In this document: piece by piece, positions 1 through 13,027 of the stretch
Position numbering within the stretch: the stretch's first letter is position 1
Layout of the letters: every line of letters begins with the position of its first letter
Assembly: GCF_001194135.2 (NCBI RefSeq)
Contig: NC_068985.1
Coordinates: 33,713,029-33,777,028, forward strand
From: Octopus bimaculoides
Lineage: Eukaryota
DNA length: 64,000 nucleotides
Direction: 5' to 3'
The notes under the pieces: model-generated
Told to the model about the DNA's origin: nothing
The model's database searches: none
Seen by the model: the letters and a program-made list of their open reading frames with translations, nothing else
Made by a program: the position numbers and the translations under genes

Positions 1-140
1 CACACACATGCACACTTGCTCGGCTTTAATTGGCCCCAGGCTACAGTAGAAGATACTTGCCCAAGGTGCCACACAGTGAGACAGAATTCAAGACTGTATA
101 GCTGGGAAGCAAACTTCTCAATCATACTGCCACACCTGTG
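1..140 (-). mobile_element. tRNA-derived SINE family A, 5' part
   Basis: Reverse complement matches the head of the full-length copy at 39722-40135. Confidence 0.75.
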
Positions 141-726
141 GCTATATGCTAAAATTATTCAATCTACTTTTTTGTGTCAATGAATTGCCAGAAATAACAG
201 TGAAATTAGATGCAAGTTGTAATCTATAAATAATATAGAATTTGGATTCTTTAGACAGAAGAAGATAAAAAGTTTTGAATTTTTTTTTTTTTTTTTTTTT
301 TTTTGCATCACTGCACCTATCTCTGAATTGGGACCAGTCTTTCTTTAATAAACACTATAAAAATTCTTAGTTGTTTAATCTGTTAAAATTAGCAAATTTC
401 CTTTGTATCATACCTACCATTTAAAACTAAAAAGTGGATCAACAGTACATTATAGAATGTAGTTCTAGATACACTAAATCTGAATATAGACAAAATGATC
501 ACTGCTAGAATGGCTTTGATCTGGACTAACCTGGAACTAAGAACAACAACTGTAAACTAAAAAGATATAACTGCTTGTCAAACAAATAATTATAGCTTAT
601 GAAATTATACTTTCTTTTATGTATGTTACTTGTATATGTATGTTTTTATGTTCACTTCACAAACATCCTTTAGACTACATATTTGTTTGTTTGTTTTCTT
701 TTCTTTCTTTTCTTTTCTCTTTCCAG

Positions 727-826
727 TGGAGAAAATTTAATGACTGACCGAGATGATGATTTTATCTTTGAAGATTTTGCCCGTCTGCGTCTTAAAGGTC
801 ATGAAGGAGATGACACTGAGGCTTAA
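727..826 (+). CDS. Terminal coding exon of an unidentified gene entering from upstream: (x)GENLMTDRDDDFIFEDFARLRLKGHEGDDTEA*
   Basis: Long polypyrimidine tract 683-724 ending TTCCAG (AG 725-726). After 1 nt, an open frame runs to TAA at 824-826, followed by unique 3'UTR-like sequence. The peptide is complex and protein-like; I cannot name it. Confidence 0.7.
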
Positions 827-1482
827 TCTGCCTAAGCCAATGACCTGTTGCTACTGCTGCTCCTGCTGCTGCCCTCTTGTCCTTCAAACTTTCACAAAAA
901 TATTCTCTTGTTTCTATTCTATTCATCTTCTTCATCGTGGTGCCACATCAGTTCTATTGCTGATTCTGATCAGTGGCTGTGACATGTTCATCATGTATAC
1001 TTTCTAGACCAGAACTCAATCTTGACAATTCAAAAAGATAATTTCATTCTAAGGTTCTAAATTTTCTCATTGATCTGTAAGTTCAAGAAACATGTAAAAA
1101 AACACAAACCGAAAATATGGAGACAAAATTCTCAGATCTTTTGTAAAGATTAATCTAAAAACTGTGTTCCATTAGTTGAGTCTCTTATACTCATTCATCT
1201 TGAGTCCTGTTATATATATTTTTCTCTCATTAACTGCAAGAAATAACTCATAAAGTCTGCCAACGTTTATCTCATATTTAATTATTTCTTGTAAACATGA
1301 ACCCAAATATCAACACATATACAAAACGTTAAAACTCTGTGGCTTTGTAAATATGTGCAGGAGTGTTCACTTATTTACAAGCATATATGCATAATTGCCA
1401 GATATAATTATGTTTACGAATACATACATAAATGCGTACATATGTACATGCATGCAGGAATTCTTATATATGTGTGTGTATG

Positions 1483-1532
<50 letters not shown>

Positions 1533-1886
1533 TATACACACACACATAAATATATGTATGCATACATATATACATGTGTGTGTTTATGTACATAAATATA
1601 TGTATGTTTGTGTGTGTATGTGTATATATTATATACATTTATATATAGATACCTAGATATATNNNNNNNNNNNNNNNNNNNNNNNNNNNNNNNNNNNNNN
1701 NNNNNNNNNNNNNNNNNNNNNNNNNNNNNNNNNNNNNNNNNNNNNNNNNNNNNNNNNNNNNNNNNNNNNNNNNNNNNNNNNNNNNNNNNNNNNNNNNNNN
1801 NNNNNNNNNNNNNNNNNNNNNNNNNNNNNNNNNNNNNNNNNNNNNNNNNNNNNNNNNNNNNNNNNNNNNNNNNNNNNNNNNNNNNN

Positions 1887-1921
<35 letters not shown>

Positions 1922-2928
1922 ACTTCTTATCAAACATACAAATTATCGATATCCATGGATGTGATTTAATTTATATGTGGATAAATAAATGTTTACACAC
2001 ATTTCAAAGTTTTTTTATGTATTTCGTTTCAGTCTGTAATATTGAAGGGAGACAATTCAGATGTATGTATGTAGATAGAATTATGTGTGTATGTATACAT
2101 ATGTGTATGGGAATATATATATGTGTGTGTTTGTTTGTGTGTGTAGGCATATATAAATGTATGTCTATTTTCATCTCTGTGTGTGTGTATATGTCTACAT
2201 TACACTCCTGTACACACACACACATATATACATGTATGTTTCTACATATGTATGTATGCATATGATGTATAAGTACCTAAGTCAGTTAGCATTTCAAGAT
2301 CCATTAAATCTTGACAAAATGGTGATAGTGGCAATAGACAGCAATGGATCATGGCAATTATGATGTATCTGATGAAATCATTGTTGCCACATACAAATTT
2401 GTTAACAGATAAATTTCAGATTTATCTACAATGGACTTTAAAACATTGCTGGTGCAAAGCAATTATATGAAATTCATAATGAAATCTGAAGAATATTAAA
2501 TAAAATACATTACCTAATAATAAAAATGGTGGCATCAGTTTGTATAAAAGAAAGCTAACACAAGATACAAATATTCCACATGCACACACAGGCACACATA
2601 TATATTTACATATGTCTGCTTGTGTGTGCATACATATATATATATATATATATATATGTTAATCCTTATTGTATAGTGCTATAGCTCCATTTCAGCCAAA
2701 TTCACCACTTGGTTGATTTAGGTCTAAAATATTGTATAGTATAAAATATTGTATAGTATAAAGAATGAGATACCCACATTATTGTGTGTGTATATGTATA
2801 GTTATGTTTACATATGTGTATGTACATAAATTTATGTACAAAATATGCATATGCATGTATATCTGCATGTATGTGTGTATGGCAATATATATGTATTATA
2901 TATAATGCCTGTATATGCATATATTTCC

Positions 2929-2962
<34 letters not shown>

Positions 2963-3029
2963 TGCACACTTTTACGTAATATAAACGTATGTGTACATGC
3001 AATATATATATGGATGTGTGTCTGTGTAA

Positions 3030-3060
<31 letters not shown>

Positions 3061-3281
3061 TAACAATTACTGTATGGAAGACACCTATTCGCAATTCAGT
3101 TTTTGAATGGTTAATATGTGTCTTCCAAGATCTAATTGTTTTAGTTTCAACACCCAGTTTCAGATCAAATCATATTCCCAGGCCAGTGCATCTCCAAAGT
3201 ATATATACAAATGGCAGTGTCCCAGCATAGCCCTAGCTCTCAAGCTGAAACAAGTAAAAGAGTCTATAAATATATATATAT

Positions 3282-3455
3282 AAAATGAAATGACAAAGGA
3301 ATAAATGGTTATGTTATGAAGATCATTAGCTTACAGCTGTTTCCGTTATAAGATGCAGTGGACTCATAGTTGAGTCCACTGCATCTTATAGCAGAAACTG
3401 TTGTAATCTGATGAAGTTCATAACATAACCATTTATTCCCTTGTCATTTCATTTT
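3282..3455. repeat. Fold-back palindrome, 85-bp arms with 4-nt loop
   Basis: 3282-3366 is the near reverse complement of 3371-3455; the inner 19 bp (ATAAGATGCAGTGGACTCA) are perfect; loop TAGT. Confidence 0.9.
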
Positions 3456-3618
3456 CATATTACTGCTCTGTACTCAACTAATACTTTGTTCTGATGTATA
3501 TGTATACTGAGTTCTATACCAGGTTATTGGGCTCACAATGCCTAAGTGAAATATATATATACATACATATATATTGATAGGTAGATAGATAGATAGGTAG
3601 ATAGATACACACACACAC

Positions 3619-3662
<44 letters not shown>

Positions 3663-3779
3663 ATAAACATATAGACATATGCATATATATATGTGTGTAT
3701 ATATATATATTTATGTATTTATATGCATACATATATATGTGTATTACATCTGTATTTTATATATGTATGTATATATATA

Positions 3780-3828
<49 letters not shown>

Positions 3829-3874
3829 AGGAATAAAGTATGCAATTATAACATGCATTTTCTCCATTCCTTAA

Positions 3875-3921
<47 letters not shown>

Positions 3922-4768
3922 TCTTTAGGAATCCTTATCACTGCACTACTATACAATCAGTTTGCTGTTGTAAAATATTATGTTGGAATATCCGTGTCAA
4001 TACTTTCTCTGTGGACAAATGAACTTAGCATGTAATGCACAAAAGTAATACTTAATAAAAATTGATTATGCACTGTAAGATGACTGACAGAAGTTAAGCA
4101 CATATGATGGGGTTGGTTTAGCATGAAGAAAATGCTTATGTGGCTTAGAGTTGTTGTTGGTTGTACAGATTTGTTGTAAACTTGACATGTATGACAATGT
4201 TAGTTGCATATATACTTAAAAATCATGCAACATAACAGCAGCTGATTGGTTGAGCGGGGCAGGTTTATAGTGCATTAGCACTGTGCTTATGTCTGTGTGC
4301 TTGCCTAATGTTCTGTTATTCACCCTGTGGGATAGTTAACATGAGTAAACTTTTTTACCATATCTCTGCATTATTAGAAAGTGTTAGTACTTAGATGAAA
4401 CTAGTGGAGGGAATTTAGAAATAAAAGAAGGATAATAGATTTATTGCCACCACAGCCTGCTTTAACCTTTTAGCATTTAAAACCAGCCATATCTGGCCAA
4501 AATAATTTGCCTGTTTTGTCTTCAAACAGCCAGATCAGGCCTTTTGCTCTTCCCCTACAATACTATCCTAACAAAGCTACAATATAATACATGACAACAG
4601 AGAAATGATTGAATGGAACAACATTATTTGAGATTTTTTTATTATTATATGCTGCCAGTAAAGGAACTCATTTTCTAGGGTGTGTATATATACATACATG
4701 TGGGTGTATTTATATGTACATATACACCCCACCACATTTGTATGTATATATATATATGTCTGAGCGTG

Positions 4769-4818
<50 letters not shown>

Positions 4819-5466
4819 TGTGTGAGTGTGCATGTGCATATGTATTTGTGTGTGTCATTCATTTTTACATGAAATTTTCCATGCTAACATGAGTTAGGTG
4901 GTTACATATTTTGGGGGCATTGTTATTTGTACAAGATAACCTTTATGCCACATCCTTACATTTTCATCACTCTCCACTTCTGTACATTTGAAGCACAGAG
5001 CTAGAGAGTGATTGTTTTGACTGAGAACGCCAACATACATCGCAGATTTTTGCTCAAAGCATTCATGCAATGCGCAGAATATAGATATTCACACAGTCAC
5101 ACACACACACACTCACATATATCACATACATAAGCAGACGCTTATACATATGCATAAATATATATACATATGTGTGTATATATATATATATTTATATATA
5201 TATAAATAGATATATATACATTTGTATATATATTATATAAGCAAATACACAAACTGACGTGTGTGTGCATGTGTATAAATATACATACATACATATACAG
5301 ACACAAATACACACACATGCACATTCACACACATATACATATATAAGCAAATTGAAAAATATGGCAACATCATAATAGATATTCATATATGTATGTAGAA
5401 TATAGATTAAGATGCAAAAGTGTTTAAACATCACAAGATGTTTGTGTATAAATTTAGTAATTTATG

Positions 5467-5513
<47 letters not shown>

Positions 5514-5620
5514 ACACACACATATATACGTACACACACACATATATACATACACACACACACACACATATATATATACATATGTGAATGTGTATGTATG
5601 TATACATATATGTATATATA

Positions 5621-5673
<53 letters not shown>

Positions 5674-6775
5674 ACATACACACACATGCATTAATATGCA
5701 CATATGTTCATATATGTGTGTGTGTATTTGTATATATATATATATATATTTCACTGAAAAATTATATGTATATATTTACCAGACAAACTTATTCATATTT
5801 TTGCTTTTTTGTGCCATTTATCTTTAACAATCATATGTATTTTGCCCTAGTAGTAATAAGGTTTTTTAATTTTGTGCTCGATTAACTATTCAGTGAAGTC
5901 CTCTGTGAAAATATGGTCATTCTATCTACACCATATTGTGTACTACACTTTGACATATGATACAAGAACTAACAATGCATTAAAATTTTCATTTGTTTTT
6001 GTGTCACAAAAATTTTCATTTGTTTTTGGCTCACAGATGAAAATACTATCTTCATATAGGCCACTGTGTGTATATACGCATATGTATATATTTCATATAT
6101 TTGTCTGGTAAACCACATATATACATATATATATATATATATCAAGAAGGAAAATATTAATATCAATAATTATAATGATGGTTTCAACAAGCATATATTA
6201 TTTTGCTGTGTATAAAAGTATAAATGCAAATGTGTATGAGTTAAAAATTTTGTTGTCTTTATATATTTTCTTTACATGCTTTTTAATGCAAGAAAAAAAA
6301 AACAATCATAATAAATGGTACAGTGCTGCTAGAGAGCTGGGCTCTCTTAGTATTTATATATATTTTTGGTTTTTTGACTAAACTAATTTCAAAATATAAA
6401 AAAATAAAATCTTATAAGTGTAAAAGCAGTAAGTTTGTCATATTTAGAGGAAAAATTCAAAATAAACAAGGAATAGATTAATCTATTTATATATCTCTTC
6501 TTTCACATTATTTCTGTACATCAGTAACATTGAATTGCAAAATAATATGAATGACTAACAAACATCTTGTTTATCCTTGAATTTAATTTTGGATAAAAGT
6601 ATTAATAGAGATGTGAAATTGCTCATCTGTTTGAAGCAAAAGAAAAAACATGAAATTTGTTATCAACTAACATTGTAAATAGTAGTGATTCTCTACTGAT
6701 TTTCTGTCATAATACTTTTGTTTCACCTATTTCTTTTTTCTTGAACTATTTCAATCCATCTCTGTGTGTGTGTGT

Positions 6776-6827
<52 letters not shown>

Positions 6828-6924
6828 ATTATGCTTACACATTTTTATACAAGCACACACATACATATATATACCCTGTGAGTGTGTGAGTATAGATATG
6901 TATATGTATATATACTTGTGGGTG

Positions 6925-7255
6925 TGTGCACTTTTTCCAACCAGGTTCAATCTTGCTGCATGGCACCTTGACCAAGGGTCTTCTACTATAGCCTTGAGCC
7001 AACCCAAGCCTTATGTGTGGATCTTCATGTGTGCGTCTTTGTGTCTATGTTTGTCCCCCACTACCACTTGACAACTGGCATCAGTGTGTTTAAGTCCCTG
7101 TAACTTAGCATTTTGGCAAAAGAAACTGATAGAATAAGTACCAGGCTTTAAAAATAAAAAAAATTTTTAAATAGGGTCAATTTATTTGACTAAAATTCCC
7201 CAAGGCTGTCCTCCAACATGGTTACAGTCTAGTTACTAAAACAAGTAAAAGATGA
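6925..7255 (+). mobile_element. SINE family A copy (diverged)
   Basis: Colinear with 39722-40135, ending in an AACAAGTAAAAGA tail. Confidence 0.75.
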
Positions 7256-8289
7256 ATGATAAAAGCATCATTTTCATTTGACATCTGTCTTCTGATTTGA
7301 ATGGTTTGAGAGGATTAGATGAGTTGGAGGACTGCTCCATGCTCCAATATCTACATCTGGATGCTGTTCCTAATACCAACCACTTTGCAGAGTGTACTGG
7401 TACCTTTTTGTGACATTAGTGAGGTCACCATGCAACTCATAAGACTTAAAAGTCCCTTGACTGGGTGGGATTATAGTAGAGAGGAAGGTGGCTTTTAGAA
7501 GATACATGAATGAGTTTGTGGTTATAGAGGCAATATAAGGCTGCCCTGCATCATATAAGGGTGAGTAGACAAAATTGGGATGGAGCTGAAAAGAGAGAGA
7601 GAAAGATGGTGGTGGTGGTGAGGTGTCAGAGTGTATCCTCAAGGTGAATAGAAGAGAATATGGGGACAGAAGATCAGGATGGGGTAGGTAAAGTTTGCAA
7701 GAGCATGAGAGGGAGTGGTTAAAGATGGTTGTAAGGGTGAATGTAGTGAATGGTAAACAAGGATGAAAATGTGATTGGAGGTAAATATGAGTTGTGGGGA
7801 GAAAGGTGATTAAGAGGAGGATGTGTCCTGGTACATTCTTATAATAACATGACTAAGAAGGTGATTAGAAGAGAGCATGATGACAGAAGACTTAGAGAAA
7901 GTGAGTGAAGGTTGCAAGAGTGCAGGTCCACCCCTCCTTAGTCAAGCATCAATATTTAGAATGATAGAGCATGAAGAGGTAGCAGGATATGGGTGGTGGG
8001 AGGAGAAAGAATTTAGAATGCACAGGTTGGGTGACAAAGTACAATGTGCAGAAGTGATGAAGGGGAGATGAGAAGTTATGGGTATAAGATAGGTACAGAA
8101 GGAGTGAAAAATTCTGTATGCACAGATTGAATTCTTTCATCTCAATTATAGCTGGCTTGATATGGTGAATAGAAGAGATAATAGAGAAATGAGAGTGTAT
8201 AGAATATGTACAATGGAGAGTGGAAGAAATGGTGAGGAGGTTTGAAGGTATAGAATAGGTCATATGCAACAGGAAAAGGTGCACCACTA

Positions 8290-8990
8290 TTTAGCAGGCT
8301 TTTTCACCAACTAGTGCTGGAGATCATCTGCACCACCACATAACACCAGTCACCATGGTCCTTTGTCATACCCCTTCATGAGATGAAGTATCTTAAGTTC
8401 AATTTTCACCACCTCATCCCAAGTTCTCCTTGGTTTCCTCTATTCCACAGGGACCATTCACTTTGAGCATTCAACATTTGCTTGTGCCTCTGTCATACTC
8501 TACTCACATCACATGCTCATACCAGTGCAGTTGCCTCTCTTGCACACTACATTCGATTCCTTTTATACCCTGTAGAGCATATTCTCTTCATTTCTTTCTT
8601 GACTTCATGCGTCTTCCACATTCGAAGTCCATGTCACATCACCACGCACCAGTGCACTTATCAAACAAGCATCATACACTCTACTTTTGACTTTGAGGAG
8701 AAAATTCTTTACTGCCTATAGAGGTAATGGCTCCCTGAACTTTCTCCAACTCATTCTTATTCTGACTTCCACACTTTTGGAGAACTGCCTCTACTGCTAA
8801 TCTGATCACCTAAGTAACAAAAGTTATCGACTACTTCCATTTTGAACCATCTTAATACTTGAGGGAAACCATTAAACAGGTGCTTATTGCAGTTGTGCAC
8901 CTGTTGCATACGAAATCTAACTTCCCTGATAACCTTCCTGTGGTCCCAGTTCTCCTCTTACTTGTCTATTGTTTACACTGGGCACATGTT
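8290..8990 (-). mobile_element. Decayed RTE-clade LINE, RT C-terminal region
   Basis: Minus-strand translation gives VVDNFCYLGDQISS and RVYDAC, typical RTE RT/thumb motifs, with stops and frameshifts. Confidence 0.65.
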
Positions 8991-9331
8991 ACAGAATTTT
9001 TATTGACTCCTTTTCTGCAAACAAAGCATGGCCTTCAGTGATAATATATGAACATATATATATATATATAATATATTTCATTTTTGTTACATTAAGTGGT
9101 GGATGGTTTCTGGTTCAGTCCCAGTGCACAACACCTTAGGAGAGAATCTTCTATAGCATCAAGCTAATCAAAGCCTTGCTTATGAATTTGGTAGATGTGT
9201 ACATATGTGTCTATTTACATTTGCACTTAATGAAAGTTGCAAGCTATGGGTCATGTTGTTGTCATATCTTTTGAAAACAAATTATACACTTGGTTCAGCC
9301 TTCAAAGACATATGAAATAAGGGAACCCTAA

Positions 9332-9766
9332 TACAGTTCTATATTTAAGACATGAGCAATTATGTACATTATTTACATTTGACGGATATTTGTCCTCCTC
9401 TTGTTTGTTGTTAACACGTTCTGTCTGATATGCCCTCCAGCCTTCATCAGGTGTTTTGGGGAAATTTTGAACCTGGGTTCTCATTCCTAAGGTATTTTTC
9501 GATGTTATTATTATTATTATTATATGCCCGTGGGTATATGGCATAGTGGTTAAGAGTGCAGGCTACTAACCCCAAGATTCCGAGTTCGATTCCATGCAGT
9601 GACCTGAATAATAATAATAATAACATTGAAAAATACCTTAGGAATGTGAACCCAGGTTCGAAATTTCCCCAAGACACCTGATGAAGGCTGAAGGGCATAT
9701 CAGCCGAAACATTGTGTTAACAACAAACAAGATGAGGACAAATATCCGTCAAATGTAAATAATGTA
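9332..9766. mobile_element. Composite non-autonomous retroposon: tRNA-like head between about 155-bp inverted arms carrying hammerhead-ribozyme-like motifs (Penelope-type tail)
   Basis: Arms 9365-9522 and 9607-9766 are reverse complements. A-box TGGCATAGTGG 9539-9549; B-box GAGTTCGATTCC 9582-9593; hammerhead core CTGATGA 9678-9684 and GAAAC 9706-9710. Confidence 0.75.
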
Positions 9767-9886
9767 AGGGAATCCTTACTAGAAAAACCAGTAACGATTA
9801 GTGACAGAAGAAACATGAAAAACAATGCTTCAATAATATATTCATTTAAACCATATCAGCATGGAAAAATGGATATAAAACACATA

Positions 9887-9954
<68 letters not shown>

Positions 9955-10499
9955 ATATATATACATGCTGTGTGTGTATAGATATATGTGTGTGTGTAGA
10001 GAGAGAGAGTTGTCTATGAGTCGGAAAAAACAGGCACTCATATATTTATCAAACAATAGAATGGGTACATTTTCATATTATAGACCCATTCCAGCCAATT
10101 TTAATCAGTTTTGACATGAGAGTTTGGAATGACTAGTTCTCTACTCATTAGGACTGGTGGAAAAAGCATGCCTTGAGCTCTATGCCATTGGAGATCAGAA
10201 AGTGTCATCCGATTTGTGAGTGTTGTAAAAAGCTGGAATGAAAATTTATGGGAAAAGACACAGAGAAGAAACTTTTACTCATTAGATAAAGTGCCATCAT
10301 AGTGTATAAGGTAAATGCCTGTAGAGTGGAATTCAAATGAAGGCAAGGGGAAGTGGGGATGGTGGAAGGCCAACCTTAAAATCATGTGTGGGCATATTTG
10401 TGTATGTAATAAATTGAGTATGGCAAACCTTATGTCAAACTCTCAAAGTGTGGTGAGGAGAAATACCAATGGTGGAAACTCTGTCATATTCATGGTGTA

Positions 10500-11455
10500 G
10501 TCCCCCAGTATTCAAAAATATATCAGTGTTCATGAGGACATGATCAGGAAATCTCGTTTTTACTGTGTAAGTGGGTTTCCAGTTGAAAAGAGTTCTTTAG
10601 TATAATTCTTTTCTCTACCAAGCAGAGCCTGCACCTTCTACTGCTATTGAAGTATGATTTGCATCTCTCCAGTACTCACTACTTGATGCTGTAATCCATG
10701 GTACTTTCAACAACTACATGTGCTTCGCTGGGTTATGATATTTCACCTTTCCTGGATATAAAAAGAGGAATTGTGGTTGTTAAACCTGGTCATAAAGTGA
10801 CCTATCACATCCACATATTTCTGCATATCCATCTGTCCAGTTGGATCCTTTGATATTGCCTCTGCTTCATATACAATAGTATGTTTGTTGCATTAATTGC
10901 TTAGTGGACATGTGGTGTTGTTTCTGCATGAGTACCCCACTTCTGTTTCAGATGTGAGCCTTCTTATTAAAATTGTTGCACAGCTAAATGAAACTCTCAA
11001 GGTATGTCTATTAAATACTTTTCTGTGTCTATGTCAATTTAATTAAGAAAGATCCTATCTATACAAATTTTTACATTCAAGAAATGTGGTGTCAGTCACA
11101 AAACTTTCCACTAGTATTTTCTCTTGGTGGGTTTAGGATTGGGCATGTAACAGATGTTATCCTTAAAATAAATCATTAGTGGCTAGGACCTCATTGTAGC
11201 ATGGAGCAATGGTTTTGATAATTTCTTTACTTGAGGACAGGTTGAAGATTCTTCTACTGACCCCCTTAACCAGGTTCCTGAACATTATGGCTGGATGGCA
11301 GAAAGCTGTATTAACAAGTGTCAGCTTCTCATTTGGTTTCTTGAAGAGTTTATAAAGACTAGTATCTAAGCTTAAGGTCACTTCAAGGAAATCAGTTGTA
11401 TTCAAGTTGGTTTCTATTATGACTTTCGGTCCAAGAGAATTCAATGTATGTAAGC
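10500..11455 (-). mobile_element. Penelope-like element fragment (RT thumb, linker, GIY-YIG endonuclease), decayed
   Basis: ORF 11163-11573 segment TDFLEVTLSLDTSLYKLFKKPNEK...HP...KGVSRRI; further on KVFNRHTLRVSFSCA; then RFNNHNSSF and CRLCLVEK of the PLE GIY-YIG domain. Confidence 0.8.
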
Positions 11456-11477
11456 CTATCAAATGTGTGGTTGTTTG

Positions 11478-11696
11478 CCCCAAATAGGTATGGACGTGGC
11501 TGGGATAGGCACAGGTATGGCTGTGATAGGTACAGGTGTGGTTGTGTGATGAAAAAATTTGCTTCCCAACCATATAGACTTGAGTTCAGTACCAGTGTAT
11601 GGCATCTTGGGTAAGTGTCTTCTACTATAGCCCCAGGACAATGAAAGCCTTATGAGTAGATTTGATAAACAGAAACTGAAAGAATCTCATCACATA

Positions 11697-11700
<4 letters not shown>
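11478..11700 (+). mobile_element. SINE family A 5' half
   Basis: GGTGTGGTTGTGTGATGAAAAAATTTGCTTCCCAACC head, colinear with 39722. Confidence 0.7.
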
Positions 11701-11758
<58 letters not shown>

Positions 11759-12971
11759 TGCACACATATAAATGTTTGTGTTTGTGTACTTTTGTCCTGA
11801 CATCATGTGATGATTGTAAATAAACATCACTATCATTCAAGCAATGTTCTTTGTTTTCTGTCTTCTGTTGGAAACTATGATGTTGCTTGAAAACAAGTGA
11901 AGGTTAGCAATAGGAAAGGCATCTGGCTGTAGAAAATCAGCCTCAGCAAAGTCTGACTTTGCAAGCATGGAAAAGTGGACATTAAATGATGAAGTGATAA
12001 TATTTATATATCTTGGAATGGGACAAACAACTGAGTGCAGATATTTTCATATGACTGTTTGGCAATAGACAGTTTGATACTTTTGGCAGACTCATGCATT
12101 CCTGCAGCAGTAGCAGTAGCAGCAGCAATCAGTAACACAGAGAGAAAAAACATGAGAGACGAGGCAGACAGAAAGACAGGCAGAAATATAAAAATGAAAT
12201 AATTAAAATATGAATTTATCTCCCTTTACATAACATAAATGCACAATGAAAGAATTTTGAAAAAAAAAAACTTTGTTTAGATTTTCATTTCATAATTTTG
12301 AGCATCTCTATAGTCTTTTCAGTTTCTACTGTGGTTCATGTGCAAGTAGTAGAAACCTATAGAGATTTCTATATTGATTTCTATAGAGAAATTATATCAG
12401 TTTCTATATAGAAGTAAAAGATTTTCTCAGAATGGAAATGTCCCATTGCCAAAATATCCTAAACTAAAGATGTTCATTTCAGAATTGGCAGTAGCAAAAC
12501 TTATACTTTATGCAAAGTCACAAATCTCAAATCATCACCATCATCATCATCATCATTATCATCCTTTAAAATCCCTTTTCCATGCTGGTGAGGGTTGGAC
12601 AGTTCAACAGGGTGTGGCAAGTTAGGGAACTGCGTCCTGTTCCACTGTCTACATTGGCATGGTTTCAACAGCTAGATGTCCTTCCTGATGCCAACCACTT
12701 TACAGGTTGTACTAGCTGACTATTTTCATGGTGTCAGCACTAATGAGGTTGCCTTGCAATTTGCAAGACTAAGATCCTATAATGAAAGGAGGATAAAAGA
12801 GGTGTGATGAATCTAAGTAAGGTGAAGACAGAGAGTAAAGTATGATGTGAGGAACAGATGTATAGTTGTGAGAGGATGGTGGAGAAGAAGGTACCAGAGT
12901 AGGCATTATTGGGAAAAGAGGAAATGGAAGGGGTTTGTGCAAGAGGGTTGTAAGAAATGTATATATACATG

Positions 12972-13025
<54 letters not shown>

Positions 13026-13027
<2 letters not shown>

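Noticed and set aside
753-1007. 84-aa ORF in the ORF track
   Set aside because: Overlaps the 727-826 exon in another frame and runs into 3'UTR-like sequence; no supporting features.
1355-6166. Many ORFs rich in Y/I/C/V/H/T (also 13-19, 23-24, 30-31 and 41 kb)
   Set aside because: Translations of (TA)n/(CA)n/(TG)n microsatellites, some running through N gaps.
9532-9604. Possible tRNA gene
   Set aside because: A and B boxes are present but the T-stem and acceptor stem do not pair; it is a SINE head.
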